Source of the DNA: Phoronis australis
Lineage: Eukaryota; Animalia; Phoronida
NCBI GenBank assembly: GCA_002633005.1
Contig: NMRA01000471.1
Coordinates: 281,345-345,344, forward strand
Length of the DNA: 64,000 bases
Direction of reading: 5' to 3'
Part shown: in pieces, positions 40,513 through 64,000 of the stretch
Numbering within the stretch: position 1 is the stretch's first letter
Layout of the letters: each line of letters opens with the position of its first letter
Made by a program: the position numbers and the translations under genes
Notes under the pieces: model-generated
What the model saw: the letters and a program-made list of their open reading frames with translations, nothing else
Database searches by the model: none
Told to the model about the DNA's origin: nothing

Positions 40513-43500
40513 TGTATGACACATTATTAACACTTGTGTAACAAGGGCAGTACTTTGGCTCACGATTCAATTCACATCAGTGTATTGGAGGCACAGCACT
40601 GCTATAAAAATAACTTTCAGATTTGCAACATCAGCTGTATTAAATTTGATGTCAAACTGTGATCAGCTTAGCAGTGCTGTTAAGACAGTGAGGAGATGAT
40701 CACTCACTGTAGCTCCAGGCGACACACAACCTACTTGTCACTTTATGCATTGAAACCAATTTGGCTGGAAATACAGGTTGGTTCAGTGGATGCAGCTACT
40801 GGTTGGCATATCGAGATTTCCAGAGTTTGAAGGAAATTAAACGACATGCGTCGTAACAACCCGACTATGAGATTGTAACACAAGAATCAAATGTATAACA
40901 CAACGATTGTTCGAGTGCTCAACCAACAATCAACTAATTAAATATGCTTCACCCAATCTTCACGCTTTCACATCAATTGAGAACCATTAACTGTGTTGAT
41001 CACATGTCACAAATTAGTTTCAGAAATACCACTAAGGCAATATTTGATACATACTGTAAATGTATTTGCAGATGATGGGAAAGAAAATTTATTTACAAGT
41101 CTAAACATGATGAGCACAACATTTAATGAATACGCGCTAACACTTGGCTCAACTTCACGTGTCCAACCAAATGTCACATTCATATGTGTTAGTGGTCAAG
41201 GCTTTTAAAATTAAGAAAGGATAGACTTTAAACCATGTGCATCAGAACAGGAGTGAAATAATGGAAATTCAATGTGCAAGTTAACCTCTAATGATATGCT
41301 ACTGTACATATTATGAAAATTTACAACTGTGTTGCTGCATAAAAAACTCCCGCCAAAACCAAATGTTCATGACGTGTTTTCCAGATTTCCAATGTAAAGA
41401 TGTTACCATGAGATGACGAAGCAGAGATGTAATAATCAACTTCACTGCCAAGAAGACTCTCCTTCACACAATTCTTTCTTGAACTTAAATAACGCCACCA
41501 AAAGGCAACTTTTTAATATCTATCAGTAAAAAATAACAACAAAGACATAAGCCTACTAAACTTTCCTCAATTACTGTTTTTTTTTAAATATTGAAACACC
41601 AGCTAATGATCTGTTCTATATTTAACCTCAGTCAAACTGTCAAGCCTCGCAGATGATGATGACAATAACACAACTTGAGTGCAAAGCTATTTAGATATTC
41701 AAGTACATGAATATAAAGACATGATTAAGAAAGACAAAAAGTCACCACAGCTGAATACCTCATCAAAGAAATTCCTTCGTTCATGTAGACCTGCAGGGCA
41801 GATGGTGAACAGAACAGAGCCCCTCTGACCACCAAACTCCATTAGAGACTCCATTCGACCAATCACATTGCACGAATTTTAAAGTTTAAGTGAAGCAAGA
41901 CATGAGATTGGTCAATTTTTAATCACACTGCATGAAATTTGGAACTTAAAATGTGCAACAAACTCCCAGGGGCTAGTTGGACCATAGATACTATCTGTAG
42001 TCTATGTTTGGACTGAGTAACAAAACAACGTCTAATTTATACTGTTTATGATGTAAAAACAAACTCATCTAGTTCCTTAATACTTAGATAACGAACAATT
42101 TCTAGGATAGGGAAGAACTGACATTCCTTGCTTCAGACCTGTTTTGTGAAAACTGACTTTCGGCACAAAAATCTTGTCTGACACAACTACAGGTGCTCTG
42201 AAAATTAATAACTGAGTTAACATTTAAAGTTGCTAAGAACATTATCCAAAAATAATATGTATCCAAATTTGGTAATTAATTAGAAAAGTATTATGACTAA
42301 TTGATGGGCACTGATGAACAAGCAATGCGAGTGTAGTGTGGCCACCATGATTACATCCTGGCACTTCACTGCAACTAGCTTCATTACAAAGGATATGTAT
42401 GCCATGAAATGCTGATACCAGAACACATGACCAAACCAAGACATGTGATTGGTTTATTTTCAAGCCACGTCTCTAGTAGCCAAGTGTGGTGATCAAAGGT
42501 CGGAATATCACAGCATGTAGCTGAGCTGTTTGGAGACCAGTGTCAGCTGGTAACCATGACAACATATGGTCATCCACAGACCAGTGTCAGCTGGTAACCA
42601 TGACAACATATGGTCATCCACAGACATGCTACTAGTTGATGAAACTATGAGAATGACATTACTCGCACAACATTGATGGATGAGGGATTCAGGGAATTAG
42701 GGAGGGGGTGTGACCAAAAAAATTTACCAGCATGCCGTTTTATCGTTATCACAATGGCCCGTCAACCCTTTGTGACATCCTAGATCCACCAATGCAACAT
42801 GTATGGATGGACTAGATGTTCAATTTGAAATTATGAGGATATACACAAAATGTGAATGTTCAAGTCATCTAATTTGAGTTAATGTCTTTCAAGACAACAT
42901 GTTTTGCAAGCAGCACATCACTCAAACATGACATTCATAATGTCCAAATGCGACTACGTTACATAACAAATATTGACACCACTTTCATACCAGCTATTGA
43001 CAAACTGATTTTTGGTCGTAGCCTTTCTGCTTTGAGCAAGAAGGGCAAAGCATTGCCTCATTTGATAACTATCAGAGACAATGCTTTAACTTTTTGAAGT
43101 AGAAGAGATGAAGTCCACAGCACAACATACCACTCAACACCATAATCGCAGGCTTTCCACCCAAGTTCTCTTACATCAAAAAATACACCTTTTCAAACCG
43201 TATGGTGACCACAATCCATAACTGCAAATATAAGGTCCATATGGCAACACACAGAAATATAAAATAGTATCTACTATCTACACTAGTCAAACAGTGTTAA
43301 CAACCTCTCTACATACCTTTCTAACATCTGTGCTGTGACCAAATCAACTTATACACAGTGCAGTTGACTTGGCAGTTATGACTGAACTTCATAAACAAGC
43401 AAATATAATGCACTCAGAACCCATTTCATCAAAGGTTAAAAATCCAGTCGTAGATTCAATTTTCAGTTTGATTTTTGTTTCATAATTAGCAAAACCAGTC

Positions 43501-45334
43501 TGTGGCTTGTGTTTAATTTTTTAGTAATTTAACATCACTGGCAAACAATTCATTGACATGGTTTATGAAGATAGATTTTCAACATGAATGTGAAAACGAT
43601 CATTGTTATCTCAGCAGTGCTGTGCACTTTTTCAAAGAATACAGCATTGCCTTCACAACAAGATGCCTAAGAACATCTTAGATTTGACCAGAATAATGGC
43701 CTTTGACAACATGGACCCCAAGTTTGTAGTACAAACTATGTCGCTTATTAGTTAGATTTTTCTAGTTAATAAATAAAAAACACAATTTTCTACTCCCAAT
43801 TGAACAATGGTCAATGAACAACTTGAAACTAAAAAGCTGGTGTCAGTGATACAGAGGTCCAAAATGTTTACATGATTGCATACATGCTGGTAACACCACA
43901 GGGAACATCGTCCCATAGACACCCTTATCACAATGCTTTCACCTTTAGAAATGCACACAATCGTCATTCAGATAATCATGTGGGACCATCATCCCAAAGA
44001 TGTTCCCATGGCAACAGTTCTACCTATAGAAAAGCATGCACTCTCTTATCCAGTCATGTAACCTGATGATCAGTTTCTGCTCTCAAGCTGTTCAGACATT
44101 ATGAAGAAGGAGCTTTCTTGATGAGCCACACCGAGTGAATATCAAGATCCCCCATGATAAATGCTAGCGAGCATGGGTGTACATAATGACACTTTCTCAG
44201 TTGCAAGGATATTTTATATATAAAAATATCATTCTTTACATTTCCGATAACACTTCACTTTGATGAAAACATGAATAAAGCTACATCCAATAAATATAAC
44301 AGAATGTCTTCATTATCCTCTCCATATTGCCAAACCATTGATGTCATGCAAGGTCACCCCATACCACTGTCCACTCGGACATTTCGGAGTTTCACCTGCT
44401 GCTTGGTACCACAAATCCAGCAAAATTCATTTGGCTGAGGTGTACAGAATGCAACTGTCTTGAAGTTAATAACTTTTTATGACCCACAGGTGATAGCACT
44501 GGTGGTGACCTAAACAAGCACTGATTCGGCTGTCGTGAGATTTAGGCGCAGATATCAACATTATAAAGGTCACACACAGTGCAGCTCCCACCCAGACACA
44601 TTATAATGCCACAGTACAGAGGGACAATACAATACTGGTAGGCCTCTCCTGATCACTCGCTTACACTTGAACTTTGGCCATCTTGTTACAAAAGGCTACA
44701 CTCTGAAGCTGTAGACCAAGGTTCCAAACATGCCAGGACCTTGATGGCCAACCATAAAAAAATGCAAAGATAAAGTATCTCTGTCATAGATAGTGCTGTA
44801 TCACGGGACTTCCTGGTGAGACATATAGTACAATAAAGGCTCTCCAAATTGCTTGCTAAGAAGCAATTGCTTTTTATCTGAATGGTTTAGACGCTTGACT
44901 CTCATATTGGAAACCGTGATTCAAGTCTCGCTGTCAACAGATTTTTCAACAATAGAACGCAATAAATTTAGTGCAGAGCTCAGTGAGGTGTAAGGCTAGT
45001 CTGTAAATAATCTGTTACAGTGACATTGCCGTTCAAGATGTTCACATAACAACGCATGTTGGAAAAATCATTAACAGCGCAGTCGTGGTATTGCCATATG
45101 GTCCGCAATGCTTTGTAACCACGGCAACTGTTCTTAAAGTGCGATCCAATGACTGATATTGGTACTATACCTAAATGTCAGTACAAAGGTCAACATAACG
45201 TAACATACGCACTAGAGAGACAGAAAGTGACTTCACGAGACCATCAAACAGTCACGTCTTCAGCACCACGAGTCGAACCTAACGACAAGCACCTAACGAT
45301 GCTGCGCGCCATCTTCCATCAATTGCACTCGGCT

Positions 45335-45595
45335 TCACTCCACACCTCGCATGTCGGCTGTGAATGTATTTGGGTCTGAATCATCACACCGCCAAAGTAC
45401 ACAATTTCCAATGCAACTATTGCAAACGAGAAACATGGCAACAAAAAAGACGATACTACAGATTGTACACGGTTTTCGCTCCAGGAAAAATCCGGTCAAA
45501 TAAAGTACCAGGAACATGGCATGATTGTAGAAAAATGCCGGATTCATTGGCTTCGGCATCAGAAGCACAGGAATCAGCCACTGTAAACAATACAT
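45335..45595 (-). CDS. BLCAP: Bladder cancer-associated protein (BC10/BLCAP), 86 aa, single coding exon
   Basis: [51 protein letters not shown]...C closely matches human BLCAP ([20 protein letters not shown]...LERKPCTIC). There is a tttccag acceptor 30 nt upstream of the ATG (exon starts 45625). Confidence 0.96.
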   Translation of the reverse strand: MYCLQWLIPVLLMPKPMNPAFFYNHAMFLVLYLTGFFLERKPCTICSIVFFVAMFLVCNSCIGNCVLWRCDDSDPNTFTADMRGVE

Positions 45596-45625
45596 TATGC
45601 ACGTTGACGCTACCACTAATCCATT

Positions 45626-46009
45626 CTGGAAACTGAGAAAGCTTACGTAGAAATTCAGAAGCGTCAACGTCAACGCAGACGGGCTTTTAAAAATGTCCGT
45701 AAGATATTTTGCTCTTAAATTTAGTTTCGTACTTTAAATTTGTGCAATAGATTATTCTGCTTGAAAACAGTTTATATGACCAATTTTAATTAAAATTGTA
45801 TGTTAAATGATTTTAAAAACAAGTTTATCACATTACTAATACAAATAATATATTTAAGACTGGTGGTGTTCGCTTGAAAATGGAAAACTAATCCAACAAC
45901 GCAAGACTAACTTTACATTCATGGCGGCCTTGTGCAAGTGCTGATCGAAGTTTTGTCGAGTTATGCCTTTATGGCCTGAATTAAATGTGATTCTTATTTT
46001 CTCATTCAG
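45626..46009. promoter_or_regulatory. Compact bidirectional promoter / 5' UTR region shared by BLCAP and ELP3
   Basis: Divergent genes whose ATGs are 424 bp apart. Contains an ATGGCGGCC (YY1-like core) at 45921 and a splice acceptor for each gene at its edges. Confidence 0.7.
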
Positions 46010-46018
46010 GTGAACAGG

Positions 46019-56617
<10,599 letters not shown>

Positions 56618-58689
56618 CAGTGAACAATGTCTCCACTGTATTTTGTGACAGCTGCACAGACTTACAGTAAAGTCTGCATAAGTGAGAGATCCAAAAGGAC
56701 CACAATATTTTATCCGAGTAATTCGAAATTCAACTTATCCAAACCAGAATGATTGTCCTACGGAACTGTTTCAGTGAAAAGCCCACTTGTGCATGCCCAG
56801 CAAGTTGTCTGTTTATCGTTGAAGGAAGGTGGTCGACTGCTTGCAAGGCAAACTTTAGACCCAACAAAGTAGGAACGTACTGAGAATCTGCAACAATGAA
56901 TGCGAGGATTGTTGAACTGTTTAAACTGTTCAAGTTAATGTTCTTGCTTTTCTAATCACACCTTCAACTTTTGAAAAGCAAAAAAAGCTGGGAAATGAAC
57001 TTTAGAGGTGTTAAGCAGCTGTACATAACGTCTGAGCATGTTTTCATTCTAATAGTCATGTGACCAGATTATGGGAATGTATGGTAAGAGTGATCTCACA
57101 AGGAATGATCGGCACTACTTCCTTCCTCACAGAATCTTCTCCCAGGGGGCGCTGTGAACTTTTATTTCAGTGGTTAACTTGGAAATGTTTACCTAATTTG
57201 TTGAAGGGACTAGCGTTTACTAAGCGAATCACAGGCACTCGAATTTTGCTGTATCTTATTACTGTGTGAATGTGAGGAACAATTAGATGACAGCGCCTGT
57301 GTTAAGAACGCTGGTCTATGTAAGGTATTTGTGCAATGATCTGATGTATTTGTGTTACTGTAAACATACATGAATATAGGGAGATATATATTGTTGAATC
57401 CATGTTCATATTTAAGTTATTGAGCTATTCAGAGGTAAGAGGTGAGTAGAACAACCTGCAAGAATTATCTAAAGAATAATAAGAAACTCAGTAACAATAG
57501 AAAAATTTTTGTTTGCTGAATTGTATTGAGATCAGGAAATGAACAGCAAAATACTCTCATTACTGCTGTATGTCTTTCTTTCAAATTGCGAGAGAACCTC
57601 TTCCACACTTAAGTTCTGACAAAACAGATCTGAGCAAAAAGCAATCAAATGGCATTGTATAAAATTCTTACAATTGCAAATCAGCCGTGAGGAAACTAGC
57701 GATTCCTTCACACTTCTTGGGTCGAGAATGGGCTATTACCCCTACATTCCATTTAAATAGAAAAACACCCCCATACTTATAAAAGATCTCGATATCAAAT
57801 TTTCAAGGACGATTTCAGAAAGCGTGGGCATGGATGAATTGACACACGCGGCCACAAGTCTATGGGGGCCATGTTAGTTTTCTACCCTTTTCGCTTCCAA
57901 TTTTAATGGGCCCGTTGGCCCGAGTTCAGTAATCACAGTGCGCCAATAAAATAATGTTTGTACCTCACTATAAGAACGATGTTTTGACGAACGTATTAAG
58001 ACTTGTAGTGGTTTTATCGATGTCATGTCAAAACTTAGGCCTACTTAAAACGGCTCCATTTAGTTATTATTTATTGCAGTCTATTCTGCATGGAATATGC
58101 GACACGCTATGTTGCAGACGGAGTAAAACAAGACGTGGGTTGTCGAATAATATCTTGTAATGTGATGTAAATAGAAAAGGTATTAAAAACAGTTTGCAAG
58201 CTGGACGTAGAAAAAGACGCCTATGAAGGCGTGTATATAGAACGCCCAGGGTAAATAGAATAGCGACAAAGCGGTTATGAGAAATACGTCTGAAGAGCCA
58301 AATAGAAAAGGGGATAAAATTGGAAATCCAATTACCCCCGGGGTGGAGGATGGGAAATTAATACGGGGGAAACAACAGGTCTAGTGTGCGACAAGATAGA
58401 TGTCTAAATGAGCTATGCCGCTCTGTACTGACGTAAAAAGAAAATAACTGACCAATGAGAAAACGACCAGGGAGGTGTAAAAATACGAAAGTAGAACACA
58501 GTGGTTATAAATTGAATTACTGAAGTAAAAAATCTTAAGAGTGGATTTAAATAGAAATTGCATAGAGCAAACTCACCTCAATGAACCCATTTAACAAGCT
58601 TAATTTAATTTAGTGTAATATTGATATTCTGATTATTGTTGCAAGACTAGTAATGTGTTTAACAATGACACGTCAAAATTCCCTTGAAA

Positions 58690-59460
58690 CAACTGTACTT
58701 CACAAGAACGATATTCTGATCAAAGTGATGAAACCAGAATGTTTAAACATAGACACCACAAGTTTGTTGTACCTTGCCACAACTTGTCTCATACAACTAT
58801 TGCACATTGCAGCCAAACTGGTTCTGATCTTCTAAACAGTTGACAAAGGACAGAATGGGGTCTTGCTATACGCCCGTTTCATTTTTGCAATACTTGAAAT
58901 AAAAGGATGCGGAGATTTTTTTTGCTATTTTTGAGTTCTAACTGGAGTTTTCTTTTTACTAAACCCTGACATTAACTATTGAATTCATTTTTGGAAGACG
59001 ACCATTGAGCCCTTCGATTGTGGTAAGCGTCAAAGTGACGCCGGTGATGACTCGAATCAAATACACTGCATCTACAGCAATAGTTGAAATCAAAGCATGG
59101 AGGCAGGATGATACTTATTGCAGGCATCACAATTGAATGAAGCGAAACTGGACCTTAGTGGGAAGCACTTTGCACTTTCAACAATGATTCGCTACATAAA
59201 GAAATCATTCACCACTCAAATGACGATCTTTCTTGCATGAACTCTCAAGTGTGCAGACATCACCACTTAACTATTTCTTCACAGCTGCGTCATCACCAAA
59301 TTTTGCTTCACCAAAAGGTAGCACGTCTTCGTAAACTTGCTCTGGCTGCGGGGTGGGATGGTGGGAGGATTGTGGGCTTGCATTACCTAACACCAAATTT
59401 GTGTAGGTGCGACGAAAACCGGCGGTAGTAACTGGAAGTGGAGTTGGTATTTGTAGCTTA
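58690..59460 (-). pseudogene. Decayed coding remnant with PHD-finger-like fragments, probably transposon-derived
   Basis: Minus-strand translation with stops and frameshifts gives C.KC...QFRFIQ/CDACNKYH and PVWLQ/CNSCMR, resembling the PHD W/F-I-Q-C-D-x-C-x-x-W/Y-H motif. Confidence 0.35.
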
Positions 59461-61229
59461 TAAATCTCCCGGTATCTCGTCCAAATTTCAAAAGATTCAC
59501 AACTCTTAAGAGTATAGGTCTTTCTTGAAGAAAACCAGTAATCTTAACCTCTTCCTAACACTATCAATATAATTTGCCTCTAAACGAGTATGAATGATAT
59601 AAACAAAGTGCTCCATATCGGCTATTTACAATCGGCATGCATGGATTAAAGTATCCGGGGCTGAAATCAGTCAGAGCGACAACGAAACGTGTATGTACTG
59701 AACTCGAATGTTTCTTTCCCTTTCTCCCGAATTTTGAAAGTTACTTCATAGAATCTCGAGTTTGTTGCTTTGTCGGACAACTTAAGACTAGGAAATGAAC
59801 TTCTAAGCAACAAATAATTGCTTCGACTGTTCTTTAAGTTTTAGATAATGTCTCGTAATCCCAAACCCTGTTCATTTTATGCACACGTGAATTTTAAAAG
59901 GGCAAAAATGTATAAGATTTACTGTACACCTTGCATTTATTATTACCACTCACCGCCAGAGCTGATAGTGTCCAACTTAATGTCGGGAGACGCCTCTTTT
60001 TTAACTGAACGACGTCGCCTGTAAATGTCAGAATAAATATAAAAATGAGCAACTGGCAAGTACCAAATAAAATTCTGTCATTACTAGCACACCCAAGCTG
60101 ACATCGGAACGTGCCCTGATGATTTCCGCCCTTATTTGTTCCGGTAGTTTTGGCACTGTCCACAATTACTTTTGGAAGTGACTACACATCCCGTCATCTA
60201 CTTCTTAGCCATCCAACTAGCTGTACGTAGACTAGCTTTGTACCAAAGATAAATATTCCTTGGTCACCCTAGTGTGGCTTCGACTGGTTCAGTTATACAT
60301 CGTGTCTGCACAATACGATGTTACACAGATTACGAATCTTCGAACCAACAGTCTAATTTGTCTACTCATCTCATTGCTTCATGATACTCCACCCACAGAT
60401 CCACTTACTATGGTGGTCTATTCTCACGAACCACATCTATCATTAAATCTACTATAAACCCGTCTGACGTCACAATAAAAAACAAAAGTCTTAACACCAT
60501 TCGACGTCACAAGATGAGACGTCTGGGCTTGGAAGGAGCCGACAAATCGTTACTGCGTGAAACAAGTCAATCAATTTGAGACCAATCATATAGCGCCACG
60601 TGATCGAATAAACCCGCCTGACGTCACAATAAAGAACAAACAATCTTAACACCATTAGAAACAAGTCTTCGCGAGTAAACTTGTCACTGCCAGAGACTTT
60701 ATTCGTGGAGCATGATCTCGAGTAATAAGGAGCTGTGAGTTATTTGCGAAACAAAATCAATTTGAGACCAATCATATAGCGCCACGTGATCGAAATCAAA
60801 AGTCAGTGTCCTCGATTGAAAGCGGGCTTCTAACCACTTTAAAAGACCTCTCCCGAAAATCTAAGGACTTGTGTTTTGTTTTTTGTTTTCACTAGAGGAG
60901 CCCTCATAGAATTCTACAGAAGTGTGAGAATTGTAATATTACGGTTTTCGGCTGTTCAGTGATTAATGCTTCAATTCAGTAGCTCACGGTGAAATACCTG
61001 TCTTGTTGCCGGTTTTGTTACTGCTTGGAATAGCAAAGTTTAAAGGCGTGGCACAGTTGCATTAAGAAACATATCAATGGACTCAATGAGGATGAATTTC
61101 TCGGATGCCTATTTGCTTCTTGTTTGATGGTAAGTGAAGACAGATTTATGTTTATATCTTCCCCGATGCAGCATTAATAGCTTGCCGCCATTGCAGTATA
61201 GTTTTTATGAACGACTGTTGGTTCTGTTC

Positions 61230-62100
61230 CCCCAAACTACGAGTCCTTTCCATCCCACCACATTCACTAACGCAAACGGCCACCACCATAGCCTCTAACA
61301 CCACATTCACCAACATAGCCTCCAACATCTTCTTTACAATTCTTCACACAGCTGCTGTTACTCCTCTTTCATCCCTCACGTGCTTCTTCTGTCGAGCTCT
61401 TCTACAGGCAGTGTCAGTATCAACATCATCACCATGCTAGTTGTTGGCCCCAATGTCTGGCCTTAGGTTAGTCTCGACGATCTTGCTTAGGAATGTAGTT
61501 CTCCAATTAACAATCTTTTTGGGTACTCAACGCGGTTCCTCCTACCTGACCCTGTGCTCCATCACGCCAAATGTTAGTGAACTGCGGGTATTCGGCTCTT
61601 TCTTCAACTCGTTCTGCAATTACTTCTCAATACGTGGCCCTTTCTCCGTGTGCAGTGAACGCTTGCCAATGCCGTAGAATAAGATGAAAGTTTTGTTAGC
61701 TTCTTGCACTTAGTGCACCACAAGTCCTTCGCAATTCTCGCTACACAGTCTCATTGGGTTCGGTAACACCTTGTACAAAGACTTCAAAGTGTGAACTTGA
61801 ATCTTACCCTCTATTTACCGTATATCTTGGCACACCATCATCTTCCGTGTAACTCCTTGCCAGTTGAGTCAGTCGCCTTGTTGCCTCATGCCTGCCACTC
61901 TGAACTTTCTGGATTTCTCTTCTGTATTTCTCATTAGCTGCTGCACCATTCTGGGCTACTCTCTTGGACTTGTTGCTCCCAAGAAGGTCAACCAAGTGAT
62001 AACCCGGTATGGGTACAATGTCTCTGAGGCTTAGTAGCAGCTCCCCTTCTCTTCGCGGTTCACCCGCTGGTATGGCTTTTTATGGGGGAAAGTAATAATG
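61230..62100 (-). pseudogene. Decayed ORF remnant of unknown origin
   Basis: Long protein-like minus-strand frames interrupted by isolated stops (e.g. ...LCSENCEGLVVH*VQEANKTFILFYGIGKRSLHTEKGPRIEK*LQNELKKEP...). No splice structure recognised. Confidence 0.3.
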
Positions 62101-63291
62101 TCGGAGGTATAATGATCTGCGTTTGAATTTATGGTTTGATCGTAAAGACGTACGTAAAGTTGACCAAATAAATGCATGTTTTGTCACGTTTTGCTTTGAG
62201 ATGTTGTAATTGCAGGTCACTTCCGGGGTTTTTTATAGACACATGGCGAAAATTTGTGTGTGCAGTATCCACCTTGAGGACGGATGTTCATCAACATTTT
62301 GTGACTTTAGTTGAAGCAACACGATGCGTTTACCTGCTCAAATGTGTGTGGTCTATAACCACTTAAAATACTTAAGCAGCAGCTGAAACAGAACATAGCA
62401 CGTTTCTGACCGAGGCCTGGACTATTTGTATACAGTGCTGTAGTGGGGAGTAGGCGCACATAGGCGCAGCCAACCACCTTTTGGCATTTGAACGTAGCGC
62501 CTACCCACCGTAAGTTACGTTCAGTGCTCAAGGTGATACTTTGGGCTTTTGGCGCCTACCTACCTCTCATTTTACCACATTTTACCAGCACTGTTTGTAT
62601 AGGAAAGGCATCTAAACAAAACAAAGCACTCGTGAAGAACATTCTACACGCAGAAGCCATTTGGCACCGAAAGTCATAACAAAATCACCGTCGATGGTGG
62701 GGATTTTTAAAAGGAGTTGGTTCTTCTAAAGTTACCAAATCATTGTGGTGTTGACAAATTATCTTGGCACTTTGCCAACACCTGCATGCCGTAGCCATGC
62801 AGTTACTGCAACGGATAAGTGCGAAATTAGGGTAAGAGTACCTCTTGCTATTCTCTCCACAATCTCCGCCCGTCATCGCCAGTTTTCCACTCCCCAATTC
62901 ATCAACCATTGACGTCATAGATTCTTTAGTCTCGGTTACAAACAGAATTGTTCCCGATGAGGGCACATATTGCTAACGCTGGTTCCCTGTGGGACCTCAT
63001 CTGGCAATGACGGAGGGGGAGTGTGGTACTTTCGCATCCGCCGCACACCTCCTGACTATAAACACGACTTCATATTTTCCTCTTCTTACATTCTCACCTC
63101 AGGTAAATAAGAACCGCAAAGACCACCACCAATGGCAATGTTGCAGCACCTATGGCGCCACCTGTAGTTGTCAGTTGGGCTTGTTTTTTATACTTCCGGT
63201 CTTGCTTATAGTTCCTCGCTAGGATTGATGAAAATTCCAATAAAATAACATTCAATACATAAGCAGCTGTCACAAATGTATATCAAAGCTC

Positions 63292-64000
63292 AACAAGAGC
63301 AATGCGGAGCACTGCAATGCGCCCACGAATGCACCGCAAACGGTGTGCTTCTTGGGGTGTTTATTTGTAGCATAAATGTTGCCAATAGATCACGCGAAAT
63401 ACGTCAAATTCATCCGATAACTGGTATATGTCATCAAATCTATTTACCAAATTTCATACAAATCCGTCAAGGAACGTTTGGGAAACAGAGGAAAACGGAA
63501 AAAAATGAAATTACCACTAGTAGACTATGGGTGTAAAAAACGTAACTGCTATTAGGAGCCACCATAGTATAGTTGAAGACGTCGGAAAATCATTGTCAAC
63601 CGTCCTCTTCACACTAAGAACATGTATGTCGATTTTCACAATCATCCTTAGAGTTTAATTGGCATGGCTGATAGACGAGCGGTTGCCAAAAAAAACGACA
63701 AAAAACAGGAAAAATGCCCACTAGATGGTGCAAAATAAATCGAAACCATCCGAAAACATTAACACGTCATCATTTCAATAGAAAGCTATTTACCAAATTT
63801 CATAAAAATCCGATAAACAGTTTCAGAGAAACGGAGGAAAACGGAAAGCAATGAAATTGCCACTGGGGTAGGGGTGGGGGGCACAGTGTGTGTCGGATCC
63901 GCCTGAAAGTTGTCGTTGTTCTTTTTCAACTTCATATGTGTACAAAATTTAATAAATATCATCAGGAAGAGATAACCAGGAAGGGACAACTGTTTTAGCG
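63292..64000 (+). mobile_element. Non-autonomous interspersed repeat, copy 2 of the family at 8381-9110 (runs off the right edge)
   Basis: Shared 5' block and internal sub-repeats with copy 1. Confidence 0.75.

Noticed and set aside
45596-45673. 26-aa N-terminal extension of BLCAP in the ORF track (MTLTLLNFY...)
   Set aside because: Starts at a non-ATG codon and runs through the splice acceptor into intron sequence.

Overview
AT-rich, intron-rich eukaryotic (metazoan) genomic DNA, probably a marine invertebrate; a deuterostome such as a hemichordate or amphioxus is a guess from gene structure and repeat style. Four conserved genes can be assembled by hand with consistent splice phases: (1) a stathmin-family gene on the minus strand, running off the left edge; (2) ANKRD13C (+, 11 coding exons, 21333-35805, 435 aa, one GC-AG intron); (3) BLCAP (-, single coding exon 45335-45595, 86 aa); (4) ELP3 (+, 14 coding exons, 46019-56617, 548 aa), head-to-head with BLCAP with about 420 bp between the ATGs. 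The rest is introns and intergenic DNA with non-autonomous DNA transposons (a Kolobok-type TTAA element, 5-bp-TSD hAT-like MITEs, other TIR elements), many minisatellites, and decayed coding remnants near 58.7-62.1 kb. There are no CRISPR arrays, rRNA genes or prokaryotic features, and I found no clearly new multi-gene system. The best leads are the apparently interleaved 5' ends of BLCAP and ELP3, a hairpin over the BLCAP splice acceptor, a 78-codon in-frame extension past the ANKRD13C stop, and a repeat family carrying clustered CTCF-like motifs. All homology calls are from recall of the families, not database searches.
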